Source: Parcubacteria group bacterium Gr01-1014_13
GTDB taxonomy: Bacteria; Patescibacteriota; Patescibacteriia; Magasanikbacterales; GWA2-37-8
NCBI GenBank assembly: GCA_007376295.1
Contig: VMGB01000002.1
Coordinates: forward strand, 66,844-130,843
DNA length: 64,000 nucleotides
Direction: 5' to 3'
In this document: positions 31,803-41,564 of the stretch, one piece after another
Layout of the letters: each line of letters opens with the position of its first letter
How positions within the stretch are numbered: position 1 is the stretch's first letter
Position numbers and translations under genes: made by a program
Notes under the pieces: generated by a model
Told to the model about the DNA's origin: nothing
The model's database searches: none
What the model saw: the letters and a program-made list of their open reading frames with translations, nothing else

Positions 31803-32372
31803 ATGATCTCCATTATTCAAGGCAAAGTCCTCTCCAACTTTGGCGGCAAGCTGGTAGTTTTAACTGCTGGCGGAGTTGGTTATGAAATAATGGTAAGTGC
31901 TAATTCTGTCAAAAATTGGTTGGTGGGCGCTGAAGCACAAATTTTGACTTATCTGGCTGTGCGGGAAAGTTCTTTGGATCTATACGGATTTGTCAGCGAA
32001 AGTGAAAAAGAATTATTTGAAAAATTTTTATTAGTCAGCGGTATTGGTCCCAAGACTGCTTTACATCTTTTATCTTTAGGTAGTGTGCAAGAGATTTCTT
32101 CTGCGATTGGCCGAGAGGATCTCTCTTATCTTACCAACGTAAGCGGTATCGGCAAAAAAACCGCCGAGAGAATTTTGGTGGAATTAAAAAACAAAGTCGG
32201 GGCAGGGGCAACGGGTATAGAAGATATGGAAGGGGCTTTGGGAGATGTAGTAGAAGGTTTGGCAGCTCTGGGTTATTCATTTGTGGAAGCCAGAGATGCG
32301 GTAAAAAATTTGGATGTGAAAGGAAAAACCAGTGAACAGTTACTTAAGGAAGCTTTGCAAAGAATTAAATAG
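31803..32372 (+). CDS. ruvA: Holliday junction branch migration protein
   Basis: GVGYE, VRE..LYGF, VSGIGPK, GIGKKTAERI, ALGY. Confidence 0.96.
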   Translation: MISIIQGKVLSNFGGKLVVLTAGGVGYEIMVSANSVKNWLVGAEAQILTYLAVRESSLDLYGFVSESEKELFEKFLLVSGIGPKTALHLLSLGSVQEISSAIGREDLSYLTNVSGIGKKTAERILVELKNKVGAGATGIEDMEGALGDVVEGLAALGYSFVEARDAVKNLDVKGKTSEQLLKEALQRIK

Positions 32373-32377
32373 TTATT

Positions 32378-33664
32378 TTAGAGAGGTTTGTCGATTTTAT
32401 AATATTGCAACCCAAGATTACCGGGACCGCCCAAGGAAATTACTTCTTTTATAGCCGCCACCGGATCATGAACGGTGAGCTTGTCTAAGTTATTTTTTAT
32501 ATGTTGGTAGGCATCTCTAAATGTCATACCTTCTTTTACCAATTTATTTGCCTCAAAAGCGGCAAATAGTTCCGGAGAAAGAGATTTCATTAAAATTTCT
32601 TTGTTTGGTTTAATTTTTGACATGGCCAGAGCCATAATTTCCAAGCTGCGTCTGGCTATGCCGAGGCCCTTTATGAGCGGTTCTTTTGTCAGCTGGGTAT
32701 CGCGATTATAGCCGCTGATTAAATTTTTAGAAATGTCTTTTACTTGTGTCTGTAAAGCCACAATGACACCGACATTGCTTCTTACTATTTCAAACACATC
32801 AGGGTTTCTTTTTTGCGGCATTATGGAAGATCCGGTGGTAAATTCTCCAGGAAGATGGAAAAAATTAAATTCAGGCGTGGTAAACCAGATCATTTCGTTT
32901 GCTAATCTGCCGAGAGTCATCATTATTTGGGTAAGAACAGAGAGGATATAGCTCTCAGTAGAGCCGCGGCTGTTTACGCAATATAGTGAATTTATTTGGG
33001 TTCTTTTAAATTTCAAAATTTTGGTTGTTAAGCGTCTGTCGAGGTTAAAATTTATACCATAGCCGGCAGCTGCTCCCAAAGGATTTTGATCGTTTAGTTT
33101 ATAAGCAGATTCCAAAAGCATGTGGTTATTTATCAATTCTTCCAAATAAGCGGCGGCAAAGTGGCCGATGCTCGATGGCATGGCGCGGCGGGTGTGAGTA
33201 TAACCCGGCATGGGCATAAATTCATATTTTTTGGCCATGGCCAAAAAAACTTTTTCTAAACCAATAAGCTCGCGGCTTATCTGCTTTATTTTTTTTCTGG
33301 TATATAGTCTGGTCGCTACCAAAACTTGATCGTTGCGTGAGCGGCAAGTATGAATTTTTTTTCCCAAGTCTCCCAGTTTTTTTACCAAATAATTTTCAAT
33401 AGCCGTGTGGCAATCTTCATCAGCTTGGGTAATGGTGAACTCGCCTTTGGCGTGCAATGTTCGGATTTCCTCTAGACCAGCCAGTAATTTTTTTAGTTCA
33501 TCTTGATTTAAAATGCCCAGTTTTTTTAGCGCCTGTGCATGAGCGGCAGAAGCATCAAGATCAAATGGCAACAGCTTTTGGTCTAAAATATAGTCATTGC
33601 CCACCGTATATTTTTCGGCGAGCGGATGCAGTTTGGTCGATTTTGTTTGCCAAAGTTTTGCCAT
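32378..33664 (-). CDS. argH: Argininosuccinate lyase
   Basis: KLW, EDCHT, RSRNDQ, PGYTH, TTGSSIMPQKRNPD, GYNRD. Confidence 0.9.
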   Translation of the reverse strand: MAKLWQTKSTKLHPLAEKYTVGNDYILDQKLLPFDLDASAAHAQALKKLGILNQDELKKLLAGLEEIRTLHAKGEFTITQADEDCHTAIENYLVKKLGDLGKKIHTCRSRNDQVLVATRLYTRKKIKQISRELIGLEKVFLAMAKKYEFMPMPGYTHTRRAMPSSIGHFAAAYLEELINNHMLLESAYKLNDQNPLGAAAGYGINFNLDRRLTTKILKFKRTQINSLYCVNSRGSTESYILSVLTQIMMTLGRLANEMIWFTTPEFNFFHLPGEFTTGSSIMPQKRNPDVFEIVRSNVGVIVALQTQVKDISKNLISGYNRDTQLTKEPLIKGLGIARRSLEIMALAMSKIKPNKEILMKSLSPELFAAFEANKLVKEGMTFRDAYQHIKNNLDKLTVHDPVAAIKEVISLGGPGNLGLQYYKIDKPL

Positions 33665-33665
33665 A

Positions 33666-34640
33666 TTATTTTGTGTTTAAAATTTTATGACCATTTGTGG
33701 TAGCTATATTTACCAATTCGTCAAAATCATAATATCGGCAAGCTTCTTGAAGCATGCGCATTTCGGTCCACATATCTCCATCAACAAACGGCTCATAGAA
33801 ATCACAAATATTATCCACGCCCATACCAACTAGCACTCCCGCTTCAATCATTTCGGGGACATTGGCAATGGAGTTGTGGGTAGGAGAGGTGTATTGATCC
33901 AATTGCCGCATTGATAATGCGGCCGAAGGGCAGACCACCACGCTAATGCCGGCATCAACCATTTTTTTGTAAATTTCTTGACGGTATTCTTTTGGCTGAG
34001 CCGCGACAGATAAAGCGTGTATAGCCACAACTCTGCCCTGATAATTATGTTTTATAGTGTGGCGGATTAATTTTTCCATATCCTGTTCATGAGGATTATT
34101 TTCCTGATCTATGTGTACATGGACTGGCTTATTTAGATTTTTGGCAATACTAAACAAAGCGTCTAAATTTTCTTCATCATTGGGTCGGTCTTTACTCGGC
34201 AGGCCGCCAGCAATATCCGCCTTAGCGGTTATTTCTTCATATAGCTTTCTGGCATCTGCGTTTACCAGTCCTCCTAGTGGTTGAGTAATTGTGATAAATT
34301 TTATTTTGTCCTTATATTCCTCCTTAACCTGGTTGGCGGCATCTATAGCTTTGTGGCCGACAGCTTCGTAGGCATCTATAAAACTGCAAGTAGCGCTTAC
34401 ACCCTGATTAACCATCAAATCCAGTGATCTTCGTAGTCTTTGAGCAATTTCTTCTTGGCTTGAGGCTCGTTTGATATTGTCGCTCATAAGCCATTTTTGT
34501 TCCATATCCACCATGCTCTTATCCAGACCTTCTTTTGTAATATAAAAAGCTTTATCAAAATGAGCGTGGCAATTTGCCCAGCCGCCTTGATTTTTTATTT
34601 CTGCAAGCATCGCTGTCTTGAGATCCCATGGGTTAAACAT
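33666..34640 (-). CDS. Amidohydrolase, cytosine-deaminase-like
   Basis: NCHAHFDK, HVHIDQ, IHA, CP, GVDN metal-binding motifs. Confidence 0.85.
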   Translation of the reverse strand: MFNPWDLKTAMLAEIKNQGGWANCHAHFDKAFYITKEGLDKSMVDMEQKWLMSDNIKRASSQEEIAQRLRRSLDLMVNQGVSATCSFIDAYEAVGHKAIDAANQVKEEYKDKIKFITITQPLGGLVNADARKLYEEITAKADIAGGLPSKDRPNDEENLDALFSIAKNLNKPVHVHIDQENNPHEQDMEKLIRHTIKHNYQGRVVAIHALSVAAQPKEYRQEIYKKMVDAGISVVVCPSAALSMRQLDQYTSPTHNSIANVPEMIEAGVLVGMGVDNICDFYEPFVDGDMWTEMRMLQEACRYYDFDELVNIATTNGHKILNTK

Positions 34641-34658
34641 AATTTTCTATCATTTTTC

Positions 34659-34768
34659 AAAAAAATACCACCTTTCGGGTGGCCGTTTATTAAAAGTTTT
34701 TTATTTTGTAGTAACTGGTTCTTTGCATATATTTTTAATAGTTTAGCAGGTTGTAAGACGCCAGTCAA
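34659..34768 (-). promoter_or_regulatory. Promoter, 12-codon leader ORF and terminator (attenuator-like) before the deaminase-argH operon
   Basis: TTGACT-17-TAAACT; MQRTSYYKIKNF* at 34728-34690; gccacc-cgaaa-ggtggt followed by a T tract. Confidence 0.55.
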
Positions 34769-34784
34769 GGCTGACTGTCCACAG

Positions 34785-36320
34785 TTATTTCATTTTTTCT
34801 CGCAGTAATTTTTCCGCCACTACTGGATCGGCGCTACCCTCGGTAGCTTTCATCACCATGCCTTTAAGAAATTGAAGGATAGGTTCTTTACCGGCTTTAA
34901 ATTGTTCAACTTGTTTTGGATAATTTTTAATTATTTCCTCTACAACTTCAGACAATTTACCTTCATCACTAATTTGGCCATAACCTTTTTCTTCCATAAT
35001 ATGAGTCGGGTCCATATCAACGCCCGAATCCAGCATTTCGTTTAGAATTTTTTGAGCATTAGTTGAGTTTAGTTTGTTGGCATAAATTAAGGCCACCAAT
35101 TCGGCAAAATTTTCCGGTTTTAATTTTAACACTCGGATATCTATTTTTCGTTCAGCCATAGCGCCCATTAGCTTGCTGGTAATCCAGCCGCCGGCTAAAT
35201 GCGCTAGTTGTTTGGATACATAAGCGTCATTTCTTTCAGCTTTAAAATCATGAAGCCAATGAGCGAGTTCGCTCATGACTTGTTCGGTAAATTTAGACCA
35301 AGCCAGGTCGGAAGATAAAATTTCTGCATCAGCGTATGAAAACCCATATTCATCTCGGAAACGAGCGCGTTTAGCTTGGGGTAATTCTGGCAAATTTAAA
35401 TCACCAGCAATTACTTCTGGATGAAACGGAGGGATATCTGGTTCGGGGAAGTAGCGGTAGTCCGCAGCAGTTTCCTTTTCTCTTTGCATAACCGTGCCGC
35501 CGGAATTTTCATCCCAGCCTCGGGTTTGTTGTTTCCATGATTCGCCATTTTCGATCATGGCAGTTTGTCTTTGGATTTCAAACTCAATAGCTTTTTCTAC
35601 GGCTCGGAAAGAGTTTATGTTTTTTACCTCCACTTTATGGTTTAGGGTATAGCCGGCCACAGGAGTAATTACACCATTGTTGTTTGTAAACTTCCCTTCT
35701 TCCTGAAGAGAGATATTTACTTCGCAGCGCATATGCCCTTTTTCCATGTCCGCATCACTTACACCTAAATAACGAAAAATCATCTGTAATTCTTGGCAGT
35801 AAGCTTTGGCTTCGGCAGCGCTGGCAATATCTGGTTCGGAGACGATTTCTACCAGCGGTACACCGGCGCGATTAAAATCTACCAGCGTGGTATTAGAAGA
35901 ACTGTGAGTTGATTTAGCCGTATCTTCTTCCAGGTGTACGCGCGTTACGCCAATTTTGGCAGTATCACGGATATTTTTTCCGGGTAAGAATTCTAAATTC
36001 ATGTAGCCATGTTCGCCAATAGGTTGATCGTATTGAGAAATTTGGTAGGCTTTGGGAAGATCTGGATAAAAATAATGTTTACGGTCAAATTTACTGTTGG
36101 TATTAATGCGGCAGTTTAAAGCTTTAGCGATTTTGGCAGCCCATTCGATAGCAGTTTTGTTTGGTACCGGCAATGTACCTGGGTGGGCGAGACAAATTTC
36201 GCAGACATTGCTATTAGGAGCCGAACGGTCGGGATCATTTTTGCATGCGCAAAACATCTTGCTTTTGGTTTTAAGCTCGACGTGCACCTCCATGCCGATA
36301 ATCACCTGAAGTTTTGGCAT
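34785..36320 (-). CDS. gatB: Asp/Glu-tRNA amidotransferase subunit B
   Basis: GMEVHVEL, PGTLP, YFYPDLPK, HLEED, NRAGVPL, YRYFPEPD. Confidence 0.98.
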   Translation of the reverse strand: MPKLQVIIGMEVHVELKTKSKMFCACKNDPDRSAPNSNVCEICLAHPGTLPVPNKTAIEWAAKIAKALNCRINTNSKFDRKHYFYPDLPKAYQISQYDQPIGEHGYMNLEFLPGKNIRDTAKIGVTRVHLEEDTAKSTHSSSNTTLVDFNRAGVPLVEIVSEPDIASAAEAKAYCQELQMIFRYLGVSDADMEKGHMRCEVNISLQEEGKFTNNNGVITPVAGYTLNHKVEVKNINSFRAVEKAIEFEIQRQTAMIENGESWKQQTRGWDENSGGTVMQREKETAADYRYFPEPDIPPFHPEVIAGDLNLPELPQAKRARFRDEYGFSYADAEILSSDLAWSKFTEQVMSELAHWLHDFKAERNDAYVSKQLAHLAGGWITSKLMGAMAERKIDIRVLKLKPENFAELVALIYANKLNSTNAQKILNEMLDSGVDMDPTHIMEEKGYGQISDEGKLSEVVEEIIKNYPKQVEQFKAGKEPILQFLKGMVMKATEGSADPVVAEKLLREKMK

Positions 36321-36327
36321 AGATTTA

Positions 36328-37080
36328 TTATACTTTTGGAGGCAGAGCTGGTTGGGTTACCGGATTTTGTTTAGCGCTTAGATATAAAATTAAAGTGGCA
36401 GCCGCAGAAAGCGGTGCGATAACAGAGCTAGACAGAGATGACAAAACACTGACAGAGGCGGATTCTATAAACATTGGTAATGGTAAGAGTTCGATCAGGT
36501 AGGTAAGAGCAAAAGAAACCATGTAATTTAATAGTCCGAAAATAAGAGCGGCAATGGCCAGTCTCCAAGCTATAGGCCACCAGCGGCCCACCACTAAAGC
36601 TTTGCTAGCACGCATAGCGCTTAGTCCTTTGGCTCCCTCAAAAATTACTGCGTAAGAAGCAAAGCTATACCAAACAGCAAATATTATACCTGGAAGAATG
36701 AATAGTAATGTTCCGCCAATTACGCTTAAGCTGACCAAGAAAGAAGTAAATACAACTGGCCAAATCAAAGTGCTGGAAGTAAGGAAAGTTTCTTTCCAGT
36801 TAGTTGGTTTGGCCAAAAGAGAATCAGAGATAGCTCTTGCCAAGGCTATCGTAACCCAAATAGCAAATACGATGCTGGCGGCAAAAACAATCAGGATAAT
36901 TATATTGCTGGCTAGTGAAGATGATGGCAGATAGACAGATAAATACAGAGAAATTGTGCCCAAAGCCGATAAAATGAGGGTGGGCAAGAACAGCATTATT
37001 ATAAATGGCAGGAATTTACGCCAGTTTTTGACATATAAATCCCAACTGTCGACGACTAGTTCGGTGGCTGTTTTAAGCAT
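36328..37080 (-). CDS. Polytopic membrane protein
   Basis: About 5-6 TM helices; PGII..W...A...S..LV.GRWW pattern. Confidence 0.8.
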   Translation of the reverse strand: MLKTATELVVDSWDLYVKNWRKFLPFIIMLFLPTLILSALGTISLYLSVYLPSSSLASNIIILIVFAASIVFAIWVTIALARAISDSLLAKPTNWKETFLTSSTLIWPVVFTSFLVSLSVIGGTLLFILPGIIFAVWYSFASYAVIFEGAKGLSAMRASKALVVGRWWPIAWRLAIAALIFGLLNYMVSFALTYLIELLPLPMFIESASVSVLSSLSSSVIAPLSAAATLILYLSAKQNPVTQPALPPKV

Positions 37081-37081
37081 A

Positions 37082-37789
37082 TTAGGCTGAAATTAGTTGT
37101 TTAAGGAGGTTTGTGGCCTCTTGTTTCATTATATCAATTTCAGCCCCAGCATTCAAGCGGTGAATTTGGGTGCCTCGGTCAGTAAATATTTTCTGGAATT
37201 CGGAGGAAGAAAAGTTTTCAGCCGCTTTTTTTAGAAAATCCAATTTTTCAAAGATAGCATTGTCATTTTTATCAAAACGAGCGCCTATTCTGGCCGCAGC
37301 CTGCTCGGCAGAAATTTGGGCAATAATCAAATGGTCCGGTCTGTTTTCTAAAGCTAATTTGTTGCCGGGGAATTCAGCGATTTTGGCAAAATCAAATTCT
37401 TTATCTTGTAGGCTTTGGTAAGCTAGCGAGGTGCTGACACCGCGATCCTGAATAACAATCTTGCCGCTGGCTAGTAGTGGGATTGTTATTTTATTGTACA
37501 AAACCAAACGATCTAAAGAAAACGCTTCAATAATGGCCCGGTGAGGGTAATTTGTGCCGATTTTAACCAGCTCTTCGCGAATAACTTTGCCCACGCCAAC
37601 ATACGTAGGTTCGCAGCTAAAAACAAAATCATAAGATTTAATTTCATCCAATTCCGGATATTTACCGGTGGTTTGCCAGTATTGCTTTAGATCAAAAACA
37701 GCGTTCCCCTGGGCAGTGAGGTATTCTTTCCAAGTCTGAACAACAGTGCTTTTGCCACTACCATCAATGCCATCGATCATGATAAGCAT
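37082..37789 (-). CDS. tmk: Thymidylate kinase
   Basis: DGIDGSGKST, EPT, QDRG..TSLAYQ. Confidence 0.92.
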   Translation of the reverse strand: MLIMIDGIDGSGKSTVVQTWKEYLTAQGNAVFDLKQYWQTTGKYPELDEIKSYDFVFSCEPTYVGVGKVIREELVKIGTNYPHRAIIEAFSLDRLVLYNKITIPLLASGKIVIQDRGVSTSLAYQSLQDKEFDFAKIAEFPGNKLALENRPDHLIIAQISAEQAAARIGARFDKNDNAIFEKLDFLKKAAENFSSSEFQKIFTDRGTQIHRLNAGAEIDIMKQEATNLLKQLISA

Positions 37790-37793
37790 AGCA

Positions 37794-38273
37794 TTAAAAA
37801 TTTTTAATATATTTTACAAACGAATATCCGTCGTGATCTTCGCGCCATGATTCTTTCCAGATATTTTTGTCTATTTCCGGAAAGAACACGTCGCCATCCG
37901 GTTCCTGATCAACTATTGTAATGTACAAAACATCAGCGCGGTTTATAGTTTGACGATAAATACTTGCTCCGCCACAGATAAAAACATCTTCATCTTTTAA
38001 TTTTTCCCAAGCTTCATCGAGAGAATAAAAAATACGCACGCCTTCCGGTGCTTTAAAATTTTTATCCAGAGTTACGACTACATTTTGGCGACCGGGTAAG
38101 GGCTTGCCTAGGTAACCAAGAATAGATTCAAATGTTGCCTGGCCCATTAAGCAAGTTTTACCAAGAGTAGTTTTTTTAAAATACTGAAAATCCTCGGGAA
38201 TGTTCCAGGGGATTTTGTTATTTTTTCCAATACAGTTATTTTTGGCCACGGCGGCGATAAGAGAAAATGGCAT
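37794..38273 (-). CDS. folA: Dihydrofolate reductase
   Basis: IG..NKIPW.IPED, LPGR, GGASIY, GDVFFP. Confidence 0.96.
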   Translation of the reverse strand: MPFSLIAAVAKNNCIGKNNKIPWNIPEDFQYFKKTTLGKTCLMGQATFESILGYLGKPLPGRQNVVVTLDKNFKAPEGVRIFYSLDEAWEKLKDEDVFICGGASIYRQTINRADVLYITIVDQEPDGDVFFPEIDKNIWKESWREDHDGYSFVKYIKNF

Positions 38274-38274
38274 A

Positions 38275-39147
38275 TTAAACTGCAATTGCAAATTCAATTT
38301 TGGGGAAGCTTTGATAATTTAAAACTTTGCTATCTTCGCATTTCCAATCGAAGATAGAAGTGAAGTTGTCGGTTTGTATAGTAGGTAAGGGGTAAACATT
38401 GGAATCTCTGGAGAGTTGTTCTTTAGCGCCATCAATATGATTTACATATATATGAGTATCAGCCAAAAAACCAACTAGTTTTCCTTCTTGTAGTCCAGAT
38501 TCTTTGGCTAGTAAGTGAAGCATTAGAGCATAGCTGGCAATGTTAAATGGCAAGCCAAGCATTGTATCTACCGAGCGTTGGTTCCAAAGCAAATTTAATT
38601 TGCCATTTATTACCGTAACCTGAAAAGCATAATGACAAGGAGGCAAACCCATCTGGCTCATCATTGACGGGTTCCAGGCGCTGACAATCATTCTTCTGTC
38701 ATTTGGATTTGTTTTTAAAGTTTCGACCACTTTTTTTAATTGATCTACACCTTGACCAGTATAGTCGTTGTCATAATTATTGTACGGCGCATTAAAATGT
38801 CGCCACTGGAATCCATAAATCGCGCCAAGATCTCTTTCGTTTTTCATTTTTTCTTTGGCTGCTTCGTCGTGGCCATATGGGGCTTTTTGGGGATTAGCCC
38901 ATTCATCCCAAATATGGTTATTGTGATCCTGGAGCCATTGTTTATCGGTCAGGCCTTTGATAAAAAATTCCAATTCCGAAGCTACGGCTTTGAAAGGAAC
39001 TTTTTTGGTGGTTAACATAGGGAAGCCGGTACTCATGTCATGCTCAAACATAGCGCCAGCAATGGCGATAGTATCTGTCCCAGTCCGATTTTCTTTGCGT
39101 TCACCGTGTTCTAAAATACGGCGAACTATATCCAAATACGCGCGCAT
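38275..39147 (-). CDS. thyA: Thymidylate synthase
   Basis: RTGT, YGFQWR, LPPCH, QRSVD, PFNIASY. Confidence 0.98.
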   Translation of the reverse strand: MRAYLDIVRRILEHGERKENRTGTDTIAIAGAMFEHDMSTGFPMLTTKKVPFKAVASELEFFIKGLTDKQWLQDHNNHIWDEWANPQKAPYGHDEAAKEKMKNERDLGAIYGFQWRHFNAPYNNYDNDYTGQGVDQLKKVVETLKTNPNDRRMIVSAWNPSMMSQMGLPPCHYAFQVTVINGKLNLLWNQRSVDTMLGLPFNIASYALMLHLLAKESGLQEGKLVGFLADTHIYVNHIDGAKEQLSRDSNVYPLPTIQTDNFTSIFDWKCEDSKVLNYQSFPKIEFAIAV

Positions 39148-39164
39148 GTTGTTTTTATGAAGAA

Positions 39165-39485
39165 TTAGTTTGTCTCTTCTGCTTCATGAGTAAGATCTTC
39201 CGGTTCAACTTCTTCCAAATCTTCTTCGCTAAGCTCTACCTCTCCCGTTCCTTCGGCTAGTTGAATTTTTTTTCTGGCTTCGGCAAGTTTTTGTTGGTCC
39301 AAAAGTATGCCAGCACTACTTAATTCCTGGATATTTTTTGTTGTTTTTATTTCCGGTTTAGAGCCACGACCCAGCTTTTCTTTGATTCTGGCCATAAGGC
39401 CAACAGCTTCGGGTTGCTTTTTTTTGGCTTTCATCTCGGCTTCAACATCTGAAACGTCGAATTTTTTATGGAGATTCTCTGGCAT
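39165..39485 (-). CDS. Hypothetical charged protein with an acidic tail
   Basis: 106-aa ORF between dut and thyA. Confidence 0.65.
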   Translation of the reverse strand: MPENLHKKFDVSDVEAEMKAKKKQPEAVGLMARIKEKLGRGSKPEIKTTKNIQELSSAGILLDQQKLAEARKKIQLAEGTGEVELSEEDLEEVEPEDLTHEAEETN

Positions 39486-39517
39486 ATTTTTGTGTTTAAA
39501 AATAAATAAATATATTT

Positions 39518-39949
39518 TTATGATCCCGTACTCCCAAATCCACCTCGGCTCGTTTCTTTCATCTCGTTTACTTCTTGCCACTCGCCGCGGTCTACCCGGA
39601 CAAAAGCTGCTTGGCCTACGCGTTCGCCGCGGGTAATTAGCACTTCTTGGTCGGTAAAGTTGTACACTTGCAGCATTATCTCATCTTTTTCACCATGGTA
39701 ATCTTGGTCAATTATACCAATTCCATGTGGCACCAGCAACCCCTTTTTTTTGGGAGTACTGGAGCGGGTAACCACGGTAAGCATGTATCCAACAGGTGTT
39801 TCTACAATTAAATTTGTAGGAATAAGAGCGATTGTTTTTGGGGCAATCGTCAAATCCTGCCGGCTATACAAATCAAAAGCTACCGCGCCGGAAGTTTGGT
39901 ATTCCGGCAGGGGTAGAGAAGTGTCAATGCGTTTTATTTTAACTTGCAT
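39518..39949 (-). CDS. dut: dUTPase
   Basis: AVAFDL, RSS, GIIDQDYHG, RGGFGSTG. Confidence 0.96.
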   Translation of the reverse strand: MQVKIKRIDTSLPLPEYQTSGAVAFDLYSRQDLTIAPKTIALIPTNLIVETPVGYMLTVVTRSSTPKKKGLLVPHGIGIIDQDYHGEKDEIMLQVYNFTDQEVLITRGERVGQAAFVRVDRGEWQEVNEMKETSRGGFGSTGS

Positions 39950-40508
39950 GTTTAATTTTATTTAAAATTTCCTCCATGTTTACATGAAATTCGTCCACAC
40001 TTCCATTATTTACTATAGTATATTCGGCTTGCTTGCCTAAATCCTTGATTAGCATGTCGGCCTCGGCTTGTTCATCTTTTAAAAATTGTTCAAAAGTTTT
40101 TGTAGCTTCGTCGGGATTTTCTTTGCGCAAAACCATTCTTTGCCAGCGTATTTTTGGGTCGGCAGTAATGTAAATTAAATGAAATCCGGCCAGTTCTTGT
40201 AGATAAGTAATGTCGGTCGGCCGTCTGATGCCCTCTACCGCCACTATTGGATTAGGATCATTTTGGACATCTTTGGCAATCACTTTGCTCATTATGTCTT
40301 GACCATAGCGGCCACGCAGAAAAGTAGACAAATCTTGGAGGTTTTCTCTGGTTTTTTCCACATAAATCCTGTCTAGAATGTCGCGTAACATAGTAGAAAA
40401 TCTGTAAGAGGTTACAGATTGTTTTTCTTTTAGATATTGGCAAATTGTGCCTTTGCCACTGGCCAGATCCCCGACAAATCCTAAAATTAATTTATTGTTT
40501 GTTGGCAT
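39939..40508 (-). CDS. P-loop nucleotide kinase (dNMP or dephospho-CoA kinase-like)
   Basis: GDLASGKGT, RENLQ, EGIRR. Confidence 0.8.
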   Translation of the reverse strand: MPTNNKLILGFVGDLASGKGTICQYLKEKQSVTSYRFSTMLRDILDRIYVEKTRENLQDLSTFLRGRYGQDIMSKVIAKDVQNDPNPIVAVEGIRRPTDITYLQELAGFHLIYITADPKIRWQRMVLRKENPDEATKTFEQFLKDEQAEADMLIKDLGKQAEYTIVNNGSVDEFHVNMEEILNKIKHAS

Positions 40509-40965
40509 AATCACAAATATATTGTCGGTATTTAATGCCCGCGGCATCTAAAAGTTTTCGAGAGGCGATAAACATATCAGCGCCATGGTATTTGTCGCTT
40601 TCAAAAATAACTTCAGTAATTCCGTTTTGAATTAAAGTTTTGGCGCATTCATTGCAGGGAAAAAGAGTGCAATAGGTCTTGCTTCCTTTTACTGCCGCAT
40701 TGGCGTTATAGATCGCGTTTTCTTCGGCATGACAGACATAGGCATATTTGGTTTCTAAAAAGTTTCCTTCTCTGTCCCAAGGAAATTTGTCGCTATCTAT
40801 TCCCCGGGGAAATCCGTTGTAGCCAATGCCGACAACGACGTTGTTTTGATTGGCAATGACAGCTCCGGCTTGAGTGGACGGATCTTTGGAGCGCTCGGCA
40901 ATCACGTTAGCCATGCGCATAAAACATTCATCCCAAGATATATAATTGTTTCTGGCTGTTTGCAT
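40492..40965 (-). CDS. dCMP deaminase
   Basis: RSKDP, GYNGFP, HAEENA, PCNEC. Confidence 0.95.
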   Translation of the reverse strand: MQTARNNYISWDECFMRMANVIAERSKDPSTQAGAVIANQNNVVVGIGYNGFPRGIDSDKFPWDREGNFLETKYAYVCHAEENAIYNANAAVKGSKTYCTLFPCNECAKTLIQNGITEVIFESDKYHGADMFIASRKLLDAAGIKYRQYICDYANKQ

Positions 40966-41120
40966 ATGAGTTTATTTGCTTAATTATGCTGTCAGTGTAA
41001 CAAAAAAGGTTGGTTATTGCAACTTATTTTTCACTAAAACTCTGCCGGTATAAGCTATTGACAGAATCTTTGTTTTTTGCTAAATTATCCCAGTTCTAAA
41101 ATCAATCAAGGAGGTGTGCA

Positions 41121-41564
41121 ATGGAGCTAACGGTAGCGGAAATTTCGGCCCCGTCGGCGCAGATCGCCAGGCAGTACGGTTGTAAGGTTGCGGACCATCA
41201 AGATGTCCAGCAGACAGTGTTCGAGGAACAGGTAGGTCTTATTGAGATAGTTTCTTTCGTGGAACCTAACGATTTCTACATCCACGGCAAGGCTATGCGT
41301 CTGCGGGCAGTCGGGCTCAGAGCAAATCTTGGATTGTTAGACGCCAAGTGTTTGCTCGATCATCAGGAAAAGATCACTGAGGATTTCCGGAAAAGGCGTC
41401 TCGTGTTCACCGGCACGCTTATGCGAGGCCCGGACAACGCTCTCAGTTTCGCGTATCTTTTCTACGACCGTAGTTGGCAGCTGAAGGTCCAGTGGCTCGA
41501 TTGGAATTGGTGCGGTAACTATTATCTGGTTCGCAACAGAAATAATTCTGTTTCTGACCGCTAA
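41121..41564 (+). CDS. Orphan protein, paralog of 19355-19780
   Basis: ANLGLLDAKCLLDHQEKI...LVFTGT...AYL...W; TTGACA(41058)-17-TAAATT; SD AAGGAGGT. Confidence 0.85.
   Translation: MELTVAEISAPSAQIARQYGCKVADHQDVQQTVFEEQVGLIEIVSFVEPNDFYIHGKAMRLRAVGLRANLGLLDAKCLLDHQEKITEDFRKRRLVFTGTLMRGPDNALSFAYLFYDRSWQLKVQWLDWNWCGNYYLVRNRNNSVSDR

Noticed and set aside
34690-34730. preQ1-I riboswitch (CTACA..ATAAAAAACT resembles its tail)
   Set aside because: No P1 stem can be formed, and the downstream genes are not queuosine-related
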